A DNA stretch of 64,000 bases from Zygnema circumcarinatum SAG 698-1b (GCA_037447605.1 CM074805.1:2699361-2763360); one strand, 5' to 3'. Shown: positions 14,171 through 27,827, counted from the first letter of the stretch. Made by a program: numbers and translations. Notes: generated from the sequence alone by a model not told the origin.

Positions 14171-15562
14171 ATGGTGCTCGTTTTGGCTCTGGGAGATCTG
14201 CATATCCCTAACCGAGCGGCAGATCTTCCTGCTAAGTTTAAAAATATGCTGGTCCCTGGGAAAATACAGCATGTACTCAGCCCAGGAAACCTCTGCATAA
14301 AGGTAATTAAACGTTATTCCATCACGTCTCTCCCTGACAAGTATTTTATGTTTTCCTTTGCATTCTGCCACGTTTTGCTCGTACCTCTTGTCCATTTATA
14401 TTTGCGTACCTGCCTCTGTTTCGCTCGTTGCGTCTGCTTGCAATCTGTGACCTTGCCAAACTTGGGTTCGAACTTGGGTACAAATTTGCGAAGTAAAAAT
14501 GCAAAAGTAAAAATGCAAGGGTAAAAATCCATGGTGTTCTCTGTCGCTGTCGCAGGAAATGCACGACTACTTGAAGTCGCTTGCAAATGATGTGCACATA
14601 ACCAAAGGAGAATACGATGAAGATTCCCGATATCCTGAGACGAAGGTCGTTACAATCGGTTCCTTCAAGATCGGCCTTTGTCATGGCCACCAGGTTGGTT
14701 TCATCTTTATTCTTTGAATTGTAGGACGTCGAATTTTTTTGACACCGTGAGCTAGTTAATCAGTGCATTGAACTCTCCCTCGTCAGTAATATCTGATTCA
14801 GTGACAGTGGCAATGGCATGTTTCTCTCCGCCGCACGCAATGGGTAAACAAGCATACTGTGTACAACTGATACCATTAAGTTCGCGCTATACTTACCCTT
14901 GCTCCGGTTTAGGCTTTTTGTGAGAAGTGGGAAAGACGACTTCTTATTTATACTGTAGCTTTATTCTAGACGTGTCATTGCCTCCTTCGTTTGCTTGTAC
15001 TTTATCGCTCAGGAAATTCGTAACACTCTTCATTCGTTTCACCTCCCACTTCCTTCCCATTTCATTCGAATGCCCTGTTCTTTTCGTTGGCTTGACCTGA
15101 TTTGTGCTTGGATTTCTAGATTGAAACCTCCTGTAGAAGCTATGGGCTTCTTAGACTCCCGAAAACGAAAATTAGCTGCTCCTAAACTCGCAACAACAAG
15201 GGCTCGCGCATCTTCTATTGTTGTGAAACGTTCGTTGCTTATTCCATTCTCGGTCTCTTTGTGGACAGGTGGTACCTTGGGGAGACGTTGAGTCGCTGGC
15301 CATGCTACAAAGGCAGCTGGACGTCGACATCTTGATCACAGGCCACACCCACCAGTTCAAGGCCTACAAGCACCAGGGCCACCTTCTGCTCAATCCAGGA
15401 TCCGCCACGGGGTCCTACAGCAGCCTCGCCTTTGACGTCCATCCAAGCTTCGTCCTCATGGACATCGATGCTGCCCGGGTGGTGGTGTACATCTACGAGC
15501 TTATTGATGGGGAGGTCAAAGTTGACAAAATCGACTTCAAGAAGCCACAAGCCGCTTCGTGA
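14171..15562 (+). CDS. VPS29: Vacuolar protein sorting 29 (retromer subunit), 3 exons
   Basis: Exons 14171-14302, 14556-14693 and 15269-15562 splice in frame: [34 protein letters not shown]...[13 protein letters not shown]...LITGHTHQF...NPGSATG...[10 protein letters not shown]. Confidence 0.97.
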
Positions 15563-16115
15563 CTGACTGCAGCTGTCCGCCTCGCTGGCTTCAAATAAAT
15601 ACTTTTCCTATCGATGTTTCAGTGGAACAGGGAAACGGTTGCCAACTCAGTTATTGACATCAGGCCGAATATGTATACGGAAGTTTCAGCCGAAGCAGAG
15701 TCTCAGCTGAGTTGAGTTTATGTTCCAATCGAGGACTGCAGTTTGGCTCACATTGTGCAAAGCTGCTCGAAAGCCCATATTGAGACCCTGATTACAAAAA
15801 CGACCATTGTACTGGCACTGAACCTTTCGTTGCACGTTGATTCCATTGGATGAAATAGAGAAATTTTCAAAATTCAATACTTAAGGGTATGAACGTCTTA
15901 AAGAAAGTCATCAAGCTAGAAAACCTTTCTAGCGACTAGAAAAAACAAGCAGTATCAAACTACCTCAATAATGATGTGAAAATCAAAAGTTTTGCATCAT
16001 ATAACAAGGCAAACCTACAAAGGTAACGTACGTGTGAAAACTACTTGCGACTTTTCTTTCGAATTTGTGAACCGTACCAAATTGGTGAGCTAAATAACAG
16101 AAAAAGTTAGCAGCG

Positions 16116-19094
16116 TCACTTGTTCACCTTCTGCGGCAAACATTGGATCGTCACCTGCAGAGAAACCGTTGTAAAATAATCTGAAACATGTGGCATCACA
16201 ATTGAAGCAAAGCTTTTTGCAGGTCTCAAGTTCAGATCTTTCCGGCAATTGATCAATTACGGAATGAAAAAATTACCTCTCCGGCGTTTGTTTTGTCTCC
16301 CACTATTGTCTGGCAGGCGAGGCGCCAGCTCTCCGGCCTCTGAAAACGGGGACAATGGCAGCCGTGAATTAAAGCGGCACACGATGGCTGCCTTGTTCCG
16401 ACCAGATTTTGACCGACTTGGAAGGGTGGTGTCCCAGACTTGCAGCCATTGACACGTGTATGAGAGACACGTTGGAGGACCTCGGACTGGCTCTATGCTA
16501 AACTCCTGCGTGTGTTTCAAATTGGCAGTTTTCATGCTCAACATTTTAAATATTGTGTAAGAATACAGCGACATTGTTGTTTTTGAAGTAGAAACCAGAC
16601 AAACCTTTTTCAGTGATCGCAATTCCGCGTCAGTTCGCTCGCTTAGCAGCTCTCCACCCTCCAAAACCTGCTCAATGCCACTCTCCAAACGAGGAAACCA
16701 TGTGCTCTGAACTGCGGACTGGGACTTTATTCAACACCAGAGGAGCGTCGTAGAAAGTACGAAGCACGCCAAAGGTCGACTTGAAGATAATTTAAATTTG
16801 CTTCCAGTTGATTTTGCAGCAAGGTAAAAACGAAGCAAGCCTCAAACAGAATCAATCGAACAGCCTAAGATGGCTTACCTCAACCAGGCAAGTTCCACAG
16901 TTTCCAGCACCGCCACAGTTCATGAGACTACCCTGTAAGTCCCTCAACCCCAGTAGTACCAAACATAACAATGGAGGCCAAAGTCAAAGCCTTTAGAGAC
17001 CACGTGCGTTTGACCTTTGCACTTACGCACACGCCTTCAATCGCACGTTCACAAACAATAGTTTTCAAGTACAAAAGACTTCTGGAGCGTACTCTTCTTA
17101 AAAAATGCATCTTCTACGTAAACTTCTCACATAAGATGTCCAACCTGCCAGCAAAGGAATTTGGCAAGGGATTCAGAACAAAACCAATGGAAAGCCAGTG
17201 AACTAGGGGAACACTCACATAAGCATCGTACAGGGACACTTTCTCCTCTAACATCAACTTCCGCAGTTGTTTTTCACCACTACCCACCGCGACTTGCTTT
17301 ACCTCATCCCCGGCCTTGTGCTGCAAGATAAGAAGATTGGCCAGGAGATGGGTCGGTGGATGTGAGCATAAGAGACGACAAAGACCAGAAAAGTAAGATC
17401 ACCCTCAGAGGTCCGTGTGGGCGGTCATCTGCAAAGGAGTAACCTCACCTGCTTCAACAAAGTTCTGCTTTGTTCATTAAATTCATTCAAAACATTGTCT
17501 AGGTGCAGTTCAACTGCAGCCATCGGTGGGATTCGAGTATACATCCAAATGTTGAAGTCATCACAGATTCCAGAACAATGAGAGGTATTTGACTTGCAGT
17601 GCGAGCAATCGAGGTTGCAAACGAGGTCATTGTGAACTAAGCATGACCAAAATTTAGAAATGCTTTGTGGAATGTTTACAGTCCGAAGTTCCGCCGTGGG
17701 TTAACCAACTCCAGCATTTAGGTTCCTTCGAGCCAGTATTGACCTCCCAAAAAGATTTCTCACTATGTTTTTTCCAGGTTGCACTCATGCCGAAAGCATC
17801 CCAACTCTCTCTCAGTTATTAATTCACTTAACAATGCCCGTGCATAGCCAGTAATGCGCCCCGTGCTCTGCACGTGTCTTTGGTTTCCGACACCTGCCTG
17901 CAGTTGTACTTAATAACCTGTTTGTGTTGTATTAGTACTGGGGTAATACGGAGAATCCTGTACATGTAACGGAAGCCCAGGCAGTATACCCACTAACCGA
18001 AATGAACTTGAGACTGATTTTGGGAGGGGAGCTAGGTTCGGCGGCCCCGTTTTGACTTTCCGCGCGGACTGTCGCCATTTGCTGCTTCCTCCATCCACCT
18101 GCCCTTCGCAACATCCAAGAAAAGCATCAAAACTAGACATCCAAGAAAGGTAGCTCCATCAAAACTAGCAGTGACTACAGATTACAATGACAGCTTGAAA
18201 ATGACAGCTTAAATGTCCCTGCCTTTTAATAAAGGTCAGTCGTGCACTTTCATTTAGTTTATGCATATGAAAGCAGGATTATTCAAATTTGCAAACATAA
18301 AAGTGTTGGATATACGGTTTTAAAAACCCATAAAAATTTCTAACTGAAGCGTGGAGCTGCAAATATGATGTTGCTGAATTAATGCTGCGTCGCTAGGGTG
18401 ATCACCTCAAATTATTGAGTTCAGACTAACATATTTAGCTAAACAGACAGATTACTCCCTGTGCAATGTTCGTGCAGGTCAAACATAAAAAAGCAGTTCG
18501 TACACTGCAATGCGCTTTAGCAAAGCCAGGCTAGTCTGACTTTGCTCATATTGCACCTTTTCTCACCCAAAACAAATTCTTAAAAAGGAAATGAGTCAGA
18601 CTTTGAAGGGTCATTCAGGACATTTTTTACGAAGGCGGAAAGCATGCTGGAATCACTTCGCGTTAACCATTAAAGCAAACGAGTGATTCACTTCTAAATT
18701 GCTCCTTGAATTTTCCGATTCTCCAAGCAGAAAACTAAGCCCAAGCGTATAGCCCTCCTCAGCAAGACAATGAAACCCTAATTTTGCAGTCTCGTGAAGC
18801 TCAAATCGATTTTTTGCAGCATGCAAACCAAAACCTGTTCTGAGTGGTCGACTTGCTCTAGGAACGTTCTCACACCCTCCCTGCAATAACAAGGCAGCTC
18901 AACGAATGCAGCTGAACTTCTGGTGCCGTTCCCTGGAGCCGCCATTCTCTGCCCCTCCAAGTGCATGCTGACGACGGCATACCTGCCCTCCTGCTGCGCG
19001 CCGGCAGCGAGCCCTCTGAGCTAAGAAGCGAGCGCCGCGCGGACAGTGGAGATACGTCGAGCGCAGGAGTGACCGCGGTCGCGCTGAAAGCCAT
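16116..19094 (-). CDS. Plastid-targeted 2Fe-2S ferredoxin-like protein (At4g32590/PnsB3 family)
   Basis: Exons 17219-17320, 16879-16932, 16605-16667, 16277-16339 and 16116-16154 are all phase 0 and give SGEKQLRKLMLEEKVSLYDAY-GSLMNCGGAGNCGTCLVE-VLEGGELLSERTDAELRSLKK-RPESWRLACQTIVGDK...-VTIQCLPQKVNK*. The Cx5Cx2C...C ligand set is intact. Ser/Ala/Arg-rich transit-like N-terminus from ATG 19094; the upstream exons are less certain. Confidence 0.9.
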
Positions 19095-20028
19095 GGTTGC
19101 CTCCTGAGGAAGGAGCTGCAATGCAAGCGGCGTCCTTCAGGAGCTCCAGAGAAGGATTTCTGGGGCTGGAGAGAGTTCAAAATTCCGAACGCTTGCGCCG
19201 TGAGGGGAGGGCCACTGCTGTGATATGTTCCGCAGAGCGCAGTGCAGCGCAGAGCAGTGCAGTGCAGTGAAGCGCCTCGCGGGCCTTCTGCTGACTGTCC
19301 CCACGTTTCGCGCGTGTTGGCGAGGGCGTGTCGTGGGGAATGAACACCGTGAACTTGAGCGATTTGAGGTTCCAAAAAAAGGAAGGGCTTTCCTTTGGTT
19401 TTGAAGCGCCTTGTGAATGTGCTCGACGAGTCTTATGGCTGCCCTTAGGCGGTGCGTGGCAATGCAGTATGCTCACGCTGATTAGCGAATGTTGATGGAT
19501 GGCTTTGAGCAGGTGATGGTTCTCAATCGCACTCATCCAGTGCTCGAAGTTTCACTCAAAGGGAGACATTTTTCGACCGTAATGTCAATCTATCTTTGAT
19601 TCAACGTCTCACACAAGGCGACCAGTTCCTCGTGGTTCCCCATGCTGATTTTGTCCATGTTCATTCGATGGCATCATCGCCATCATGAGACCAATGCTCC
19701 ATCCGTTGCGTTCACACAAGACGATGGTTTCACTTCCACAAGTTGGCTTTGTTTCGTGAATTCATGGCTGGAGAGGCGACAGTTTTTTTTTTTTTAAGAA
19801 ATGCGAAATCAGTTCGATTATTCATGTATCGTATGCATGTAACAAGAAAACACTACAGCAACTACCTTTGGACGGGGTTCCAAAGGGGTAAGGTAACGCC
19901 TACGAATCCTATCACAATTGCTGATCTAAGGCTTTCTTGCATGCGTACACATCTAAAGCATACTTAGTAACGAATTTACGTCTAAAAGGCCTCTGCTAAT
20001 GAACGCTAAAAAATAAAAAAATAATAAC

Positions 20029-23000
20029 TCATGCAGTGAGATTTCCCAAGTATTGAACAATGCGAGTGAACACGTCTTGTTTCACTTCGCTGCTTGCAAT
20101 GAGGTCCAAGTGAGCGTAATTGCTGACTTCAAAGTGCGCAGGCCTCGCCTTGAAGGCGGAGAGGAGCCGCTCAACATCTTTCGATGCAACCATCCAGTCG
20201 TTCCCTCCACTCACCACGAGAATGGGAATTGTCGACGGGATGGTGGACGGATCATACTGTCGCAATTTCGCAAACGGAAATAATGTAAGGCTCAGAGCAC
20301 TAAGAATCCTACTCTCCCTCTTCCCTCCCCCNNNNNNNNNNTCCCTCTCCCTCTCCCTCTCCCTCTCCCTGTCCCTCTCCCTCTCCCTCTCCCTACTTTG
20401 TGGTTTTGGCCTCGTGTGAAGGGCGTGAAGTGAGCACCACGGGAAGGGAGCAGTTCACACCTGGGGGGGGTCAGCAGTCCCATACGTGAAGATGTTTCCC
20501 GGAGGCGTAGCCGTGTCCCAGTGTTGAAATGACGCTGCTCGGATCTCTGCAGAGGAAACATACAGGAGCTGGTCACTGTACATTGCCTGTTGGTAGCTCT
20601 GCAGGATAGGCGTTGGTGAATGGTAATAGCTTCATTTTAAATAAATTAGCGTAGAATATATGTGGCTATTGTGACCGATTACACGAACCTTGCTGAAATT
20701 GCACAAGGTTTTTGTAAGGGCTAACAACCCAGTTTGGATCCACAGCACTTAATGCCTGGAAGAATTCGGGAGGAACGCAACAGTTCGGACCTGCAACAAG
20801 CGCAGAGTGAGTGTTTGAATGCATGTTCATGCCTGTCTCCTTCATGCGCCTCTGCAATATGATCGAATACATTTTCACATCCTTCATTGCCATGACCACG
20901 AGCATCAGAGCCAGCAAAGCAAGAAACCTTGCAGATGCAACATCCAAATCTGTATGTTAAAGACGACATACTATTTATGCAATCAGAAAAGGAGCATGCT
21001 TAAAAGGTGGTGCTTTGGGCGCTTAACCTGCTGACCTGTTATATTTCTCAGCTGGTCTGCTGCCGAACCCCCTCCTGTGAGCTGACTTCCAAGTTGGAAT
21101 CCAAAAATTGACAAGATCGTAGAAAGTTGATTGAACCTGGACCCCGGCCCGGCGTCAAGGCACCCTTTCATATGCTTTCCGAAGTTTGCCTTACCAATCG
21201 TATCTTTCCCCATGACGCTCAACGAAAACATAGTTAACACGCAATAAACATTCTCTCTCTCACTCTCAACGTCACCACATCTATCGTTTTGCTTGTCAAC
21301 GAGGCTTACTTGCCCGCTTTTTGCGAGATTACTGAAGGATGTGAATGAGGAAACCGTACCGAGCTTTATCCGTATGACTCAATCAAAGACACATAAACAT
21401 AGACTCTTTGGTTCCACTTACGAGGTTAGGTTGAAGACGCCTGCATTCACGCCAAGTAGGTACTCAGCCTGCGTAGGGTTTCGGAAAAGGTAGCAAATGG
21501 ATGAACCGTTTCAATGCCTTCATCAATCCCGTTAGAGGTTTCTATGGGGACATGTCAGCGTGTGAAGCTTCGTTTCATGTCAATCCTGCCATCTTCAAAC
21601 GATGGTCAATCAATCTAAAGTTTGTAATCATGTGCACATTGCACTCGTACGTAGTCTGGAGTGTTGTTGAACGCCCATCGCTGAAGCGTGGGAGATGACA
21701 CGTTCCCGAGGTAGGCGAGGGGAGCGATCAGTACCGCTGATGCAAGCGCATCTGCAAATGCTGACTGCGTTGCAGCCGCCGCTATTGGTACCATGGCGCC
21801 CTGCATGACCATTCTTAGTAAGCAAACATTGAAGTATGGTTTAAATTTGACAAGGGGTGCAGGTTTACGGTTTAGGGCTTAAGAGTTTTCTAGGGTTTAG
21901 GCAACACATAACCGACGACGTGACAGAGTCGGAGGCACTCACAGAGTAGTACACCTATAGAAAAAGTGTCGTTAGGGGTCGAAAAGATCGAGAGAAACTA
22001 GTAAGAGGAAATGTGGTAAGCACCTGGTCGTAACCGATAAAGTGAAACTTTAAGGACTCGGTGATCTGTTGAATAATGTGGACGAAGACGGGAAGGTCGT
22101 TCTTTGCAAGCTCGTCGAAGCTGTAATCCCAGAACTCCTGCGAAGCAACATAGCTTCACACTTGCAAAGCTGAATGAAGCTGCTCCCGGTGACATGAGCA
22201 GCGCACGACCATTTTTAGCTTTGCTGAGACTGCATGCAGCTCCAATTTTAAAAAAGTCTGCAAATATGCTCAAATTTTATTCATAACTTCCGTTGCGCTT
22301 ACCCTTTGCGTCCGGTTGTATCTTTGGCTATCGGGAGAGTATAAAGTACCCCTGTGATTCAACATCCTGTCAAAGACCACAATCAAAAGCATCAATCGTG
22401 TTTTAAGAAATTCCACCCGAACAGCAGAATTGCGTACAGTACTAGCGAACATGCCGGGCAGTTACCAAGTCACTGATCAGCCGATACATACGTGACTACA
22501 ATTTCGCTTTCAAGCTTGCACGCAGTGAACTTGTGGAAGATTGTTGGACATTCGGCGGGCATGCACAAACGGCCATTGGCATGACCTTGCAAGTTGACGC
22601 ACCACACATCATAGCCGCTGTCGGCCAGAAGAAACGGCAGCTTGTTCTGGGCGTCTGCTTTGCTGCTGGAGAAAAACCAAGCATCGGCTCCATAGAATAT
22701 AGCATGGTCCAGAGCAACCGGCCATTTGGTTGCCAGAGTATTGTTTTCTGCATGCGGATATTTCGAGTCTCGAGATTCAGAACGAAGAACACCTACTTCA
22801 ACCGCCAAAGGTGCGACCTAAATGTCCAGTGTGGCTTCGGAGAAACCTGGGCTTTTTTTTTTACTGGATCTACGTGAGATATGCATCTTCGGCACCTAAG
22901 AATCCGTCCCGACATCCATAGTCCCTACAACGACCTAAGGAAAAAATCATAGGAGCAGAAGGTAGCTATCCTTCACGCAACTTGAAGGATTCTTAATGTT

Positions 23001-23501
23001 GCATCAGGGTCACATTGAACATGTCAGAGGAGTGCAGAGTAGAGAAGGATGTGGAGAGCGAGAACTACATACCCTGTCCCGTTCCCGTTTTACCGATGCG
23101 TTGCGTGTTAAGGATATAGCCATCGGTTGTGATACCCTGCACAAAAATGTGAGAGTTTCATATTTTCCTGCCAGATAAGCCCAGTCTGAACAGCTACATA
23201 GTCCGAAGCAACAACACATGATAATATTCACATATTCAGCGGAAACAAGAGTACAACGTTGATAGCTAGAAATCCTAAAGCCAGATCTCTCATAATTCAC
23301 CGAACCCAATTTCTTTATAGGTACCTTGTACTCTGTGCAGATGTATCCCAGTGTTCGAACATACGTCTTGCAGAAGGGAGTCTCCTCGCTGCTGGACGCA
23401 ACCGTCTGAGCCCCGACCCCCGCTGCCAGCGCGCGCAGCGCCAGGTGAAGCAGAAACACGCGTCTGACGAGCATCCCGGAAGAGGGTGGGCTCCTCCCCA
23501 T
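20029..23501 (-). CDS. Secreted acid-lipase-family (LIP1/LIP2-like) alpha/beta hydrolase with a non-canonical nucleophile motif GYDQG
   Basis: Signal peptide; CKTYVRTLGYICTEYKV-TTDGYILNTQR; PFLLADSGYDVWCVN; EFWDYSFDELAKNDLP; SAVLIAPLAYL; GPNCC; SGGNDWM; NYAHLDL. These match plant/lysosomal lipase family motifs across about 10 exons. Confidence 0.9.
20332..20341. other. Assembly gap (10 N); others at 30877-30886 and 51285-51294
   Basis: Runs of n flanked by low-complexity or tandem repeats. Confidence 0.98.
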
Positions 23502-24544
23502 GGCGGCGCCTGCTCTCAGCTGAGAGAACCTCGCCTCGCCCCGCCCCTCCCTCCGCCTCTCCCTCCGGCCCTCCCTCCCTCCCTCAGCGTCCCCCCGAGT
23601 GGCCCTGCAAAGACCGCCGGCTCCGCGGCTAGTTTGGCGCGCGGCCTTCGCGCTGTATACCGTTGGGCCGCGGCGGGCGGGCAGCGGAAACGTCCACTCT
23701 CGACCAATCAGGGGCGGATCTTCCCACTCACTTTCAAGTGCGGGCAGCCTCTGAAAGTTTAGAGCACGCGCAGCTGCGAGTGGACCGGCCGGCGCGTCCC
23801 GCCCTTCTGACGGCCGGCGGGGGTCGGCCGGCGGACGGCTGTCGCCGGCCGTTCTGAGGGCGCCCTCGGGCAAGCCGCGTGGCCTGTCCGCAACCGACAG
23901 GTGACTTTATCGAATAGGCCTGACTACATCAGGAAATCCTTAACTTTAACAAGACAGGGCGTGGCGGCCAGCGGCGGCCCATCGTTGGCTGTTCGCTGTA
24001 CCGCAACAGCCAGGAATTATCGTCGGCAGACAGGAGCGATTTAATCGGATTCGGTACTGTGCGAGAATAATGGGAAGTCCAAAACGTAGTATTAAATTTG
24101 TGTTCGTGAGGAACGGAATCTGTGCCGTACACATAGAGCCATTGTGACGTCAATATAGCGTCATCGTGTCTCCTGGGCAGCCCTTTTGTAGTGCGTCCGC
24201 CGCCAGGATTTGGTGCCACGTGGCAGCACGTTATTCGTGGGAAGCGGCCGCTGGCATTATGGGGTCGTTCCGCCGGGCCCACACACTACCGACAAAATCG
24301 TACGACCGCCGCGCGGCGGCCGCCTCTGATTGGCTGCTTGACCCGAAAATGTGGAGCGACTTTGGCGACCTCGGCGGCCGCCGCTTCGTCCTGGGGAGCA
24401 CATTAGAGAGGGGGGACTGTGTGAGGGTCTGCTGGAAGGGGGGAGGGAGAGAGTGAGGAGTTAGAGCGGGAGAGTGAAGGAGCGTGAGAGAAAGAGAAAG
24501 AGAGAGCGAGAGAAAGAAGGAGGGAGAGTGGACGGAAAGAAAAA
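23502..24544. promoter_or_regulatory. GC-rich bidirectional promoter between the lipase-like gene and the RG lyase
   Basis: Head-to-head ATGs at 23501 (-) and 24545 (+). Contains CCAAT/ATTGG boxes, TGACGTCA (24145-24152) and the perfect palindromic G-box TGCCACGTGGCA (24214-24225). Confidence 0.6.
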
Positions 24545-27500
24545 ATGGGCCTTCCCGCACTCCTCCGCGTCTCCCCCTTCCTCCTCCTCCTCTGCCTGGC
24601 GGCCATGGACTCGCAGCTGCTGCTCGTGCGCGCGCAGGAGGAAGTGGTGGTGGACGAGGCGAGCAGTGGCGAGGAGGTGGCTCTGAGAAACGGCCACGTG
24701 TCCTTGGTCTTCCTGCGGCCCTCCGGCCGCCTCCTCTCCGTCGCGTACGGCGGGCAGCCCAACCTGCTCGCCACGTGGCCCGCCGGCTACGCCCCGCCCG
24801 ACCCGCCCGCCGCCGCCACGCTGGAGGAGGACCGACCCACTTACGGCCTGCCAGGTGGCGCCCCCTCCGACCGCGGGTACTGGAACGCCGTGTGGGAGAA
24901 CGAGACGCACGTCAGCAACTACGACGCGTTCGACTGCGACTCTTTCTCAGTACGTCTCAAGTTTTGTTTGAAGGGCAGTCGCTGAAATTAGCAGGAAATG
25001 GGAGTCACTCTGACTCGGAAACCAGCTTGCAACCAGCTGCCCTTGTTTAGAACCAGCTTTAATTTCTTCTTCCCTCGTCAACAGGTCGTTTCCCACAACT
25101 CATCTCTCGCCATTTTGAAGTTTTCTCGGCAATACGATCCGTCGGCAGAGGACAGAACTGCGATCAACAGTGACATCAGCATTTTCTATTCGCTGGCTGC
25201 CGGCGAATCGGGCTTTTACACGTGGACAGTGCTGGACCACTCCGGGGCGCACCCCGCCTTCACTCTCGTGGAGCTCCGCTTCACTCTCAAGCTCAGCCAG
25301 GTGCGGGGCGGGGGGGCACCTCCCTTTAATAAATCAAACAGATTCTCCTTTGAAAGAATCAACACGAATCAAACATTTTCTCCGTGGACAGGTTCTTCGC
25401 GCACTACTTAATGTCAATTGGTTCAGCTACGTTGCACCTTTCAACCCTTCGTGTAATTAATTACAAAGCCATTTTTGTCCCCTTTTTTTTGTTTTTGTTG
25501 GGAACTCCTTTTGCGAGCAGAGCTTCCGGTGGGCAGCAGTGGATCGCAACAGGCGGCACCTCATGCCGGAGTGGGAGGACCGCTATGCGCAAAACAGCGA
25601 TCCCACCGCTATCGCGGAGACGCGCCTTCTTACAAACCCTTCCAATCCCGACCTTAAGGTGAGTGCCACGTTATTCTGCATTATGGTGATGTTGGGGATA
25701 GAATACTGTCCGCGAAATTTCTCTACAAGTTGTTAAGTGGGCTTCCTTGGGACCGTGAGGTGTGTGAACTGCTGACAAGTCTCTTCATCTCTTGCACCCT
25801 CCGCGGTGTAGCAGATGAAACAGCTGCCAATGAAGGCCGCCTCCCCCAAACATTGCGCTCTAATGTCTATCGATCACTGCGTGCGTGCAGAACATGTACG
25901 ACTGCAAGTACTCATACATGGAGGACACCGCGCGGCAGCTCTACTACGGGTGGGTGTCCAATGACAGCAGTCCGGTCGGCGTGTGGGCTTTGAACCCTCA
26001 CAAGTACGAGTACGCGGCGGGCGGACCGACTAAGCAGGACCTCACTGTGCAGGTGCGCTTCATGCAAGCCGAAAGGGGCATTTTCTGCCCCATTTAAAGT
26101 GGGCATTGCCGTCTTGCATTTTCTTTTAAATGAGTTTAATAACTTATTTTCAGCATTTGGTATGCTACGTTTAGTCTAAGGCAGTGGGCACGTCGCTATG
26201 CTTAATTTGCTCTCACAGGCCTATTGCAAGTTTCTAGTTTTGAAGGTTATGGAGTGTGACCTCTGTTGCAGGTGGGCCCTTACCTTCTTAACTACATGCA
26301 CTCTCAACACGTCGGAACTCCGGGTCTCGCGGTGTCTAGCGGTGAAAAATGGCGAAAAATGTATGGCCCATTTAAAACTTACTTCAACCAGCAGACAGAG
26401 AGTGAGAGCAGCTCAGGGAGTCCTTCCTCAGACCTTCTCGATGACGCCATCGCCATGGCGGTGAAGGAAAAGTGGCAATGGCCATACTCCCAGTTTTCGG
26501 ACCCAATCTATTACCCTCCCTCAGGTACCTCCACCACTTCATAAACATAAAAGATAGACGCACTATACAGTTGACGGCCTTTAGAGCTTAGTTTTCCTCG
26601 TGCTAGATTACCTGCTGCTCAATAGCTCGGCTAGCTAGCTCTATCTTTAAGAAAAAAAGAATGGCCTCGAACGAATGACCTGGAAAGATTAAGTACAGCC
26701 GACGGTTTGATGTTAAAGGAGGCCAGCAATTCGTGGGTTTGCAGCTTTTTTCCAATCAACAGAGTGGAATAATAATAATAGTCTTGCTGCTGAAATTGCA
26801 TAGTATATTTGATCCACGCATCGAGTGCTTAACTAGTTCTACACGAGGACTCGTCTTGTTTTTTTTTTTTTTAGGTGCTCGCGGCAGCCTCAAAGGGTAC
26901 CTCACTCTTGACAGCTCGGCCGGCGTTGACTTGAGCTCAATTGACCTCAAGAAGAACGGATGGGTTGGGTTAACTGCCTCGAGCGCAGAGGGGTCTTGGA
27001 TGTACGAAACAAAAACATATCAATATTGGGAACATTTCGTCAACGCCAAGTCTCCAAAATTCCGAATCAACAATGTGCGGCCCGGGATATATACCCTCCA
27101 CATTTACATTCTGGGAGTGTATGGTGAATACGCATCGTCCTCAACTTACAACATCACTGCAAGCACAACGCTTGACCTTGGAGAAGTTCAGTGGAAACCC
27201 CCCAGAGCGGGCCCCACCATTTTTGAGCTCGGGTATCCGGACAGGGACTCGGCAGAGTTTTTTGTTCCGGACATAAATCCCAAAAGCATACTCCCTTACA
27301 GCAACAGTAATCCGAATCGTTTTCGTGACTACGGAGTGTGGAAAGCCTATGTGACTGCGTTTCCATCGACAGATCTTGTATACACTGTTGGTTCTTCCGA
27401 CTACAGTACGGACTGGTGGTATGTGCAGACCTCACGTTACAGTGAGGACCTGCTCTCCGCCTCTCCGACAGTCTACACTTTGGTCTTCACGCTCCCTTCA

Positions 27501-27827
27501 GCTCCTGCTTCGGATGACGTATTCACCCTCCGCTTGGCTTTAGCCAGCGAGAGCCTCGCAGCGCTCCAAGTATTTGTGAACATCAATGACTTTGATCAGG
27601 ATCCGCTGATGGATACGTCAACCTTTGCAACGCACACGGACATAAATGACAACGGCATGGCTCGGTTAACATCTCACGGTACATACTCGCAGTACGATAT
27701 CGCCATCTCTGGGTCTTCACTCAAAAGTGGAGCAAACCGCATGTACTTCCGACAAAGGAGAACAGCTTCAAGATTCATTTATGTCATGTATGACTATATA
27801 CGATTGGAAGGCCCTTCCGCATCATAA
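24545..27827 (+). CDS. Rhamnogalacturonan endolyase, polysaccharide lyase family 4 (plant-type), multi-exon
   Basis: Signal peptide; VALRNGHVSL...RGYWNAVW; ESGFYTW..LDH; LRFTLKLSQ-DRFFAHY; RRHLMP; YDCKYSY; GWVS...VGVW; GGPTKQDL; SQHVG; YGPF..YFN; WPYS; YQYW...F.INNVRPGIYTL; PPRAGPTIFELGYPDRDSAEFFVPD; FRDYGVW; MYDYIRLEGP. Confidence 0.93.

Noticed and set aside
17440-17820. Stop-free Cys-rich stretches inside the 2Fe-2S gene
   Set aside because: The flanking exons join in phase (KFIS|HKAG) and match the family without them; treated as intron.
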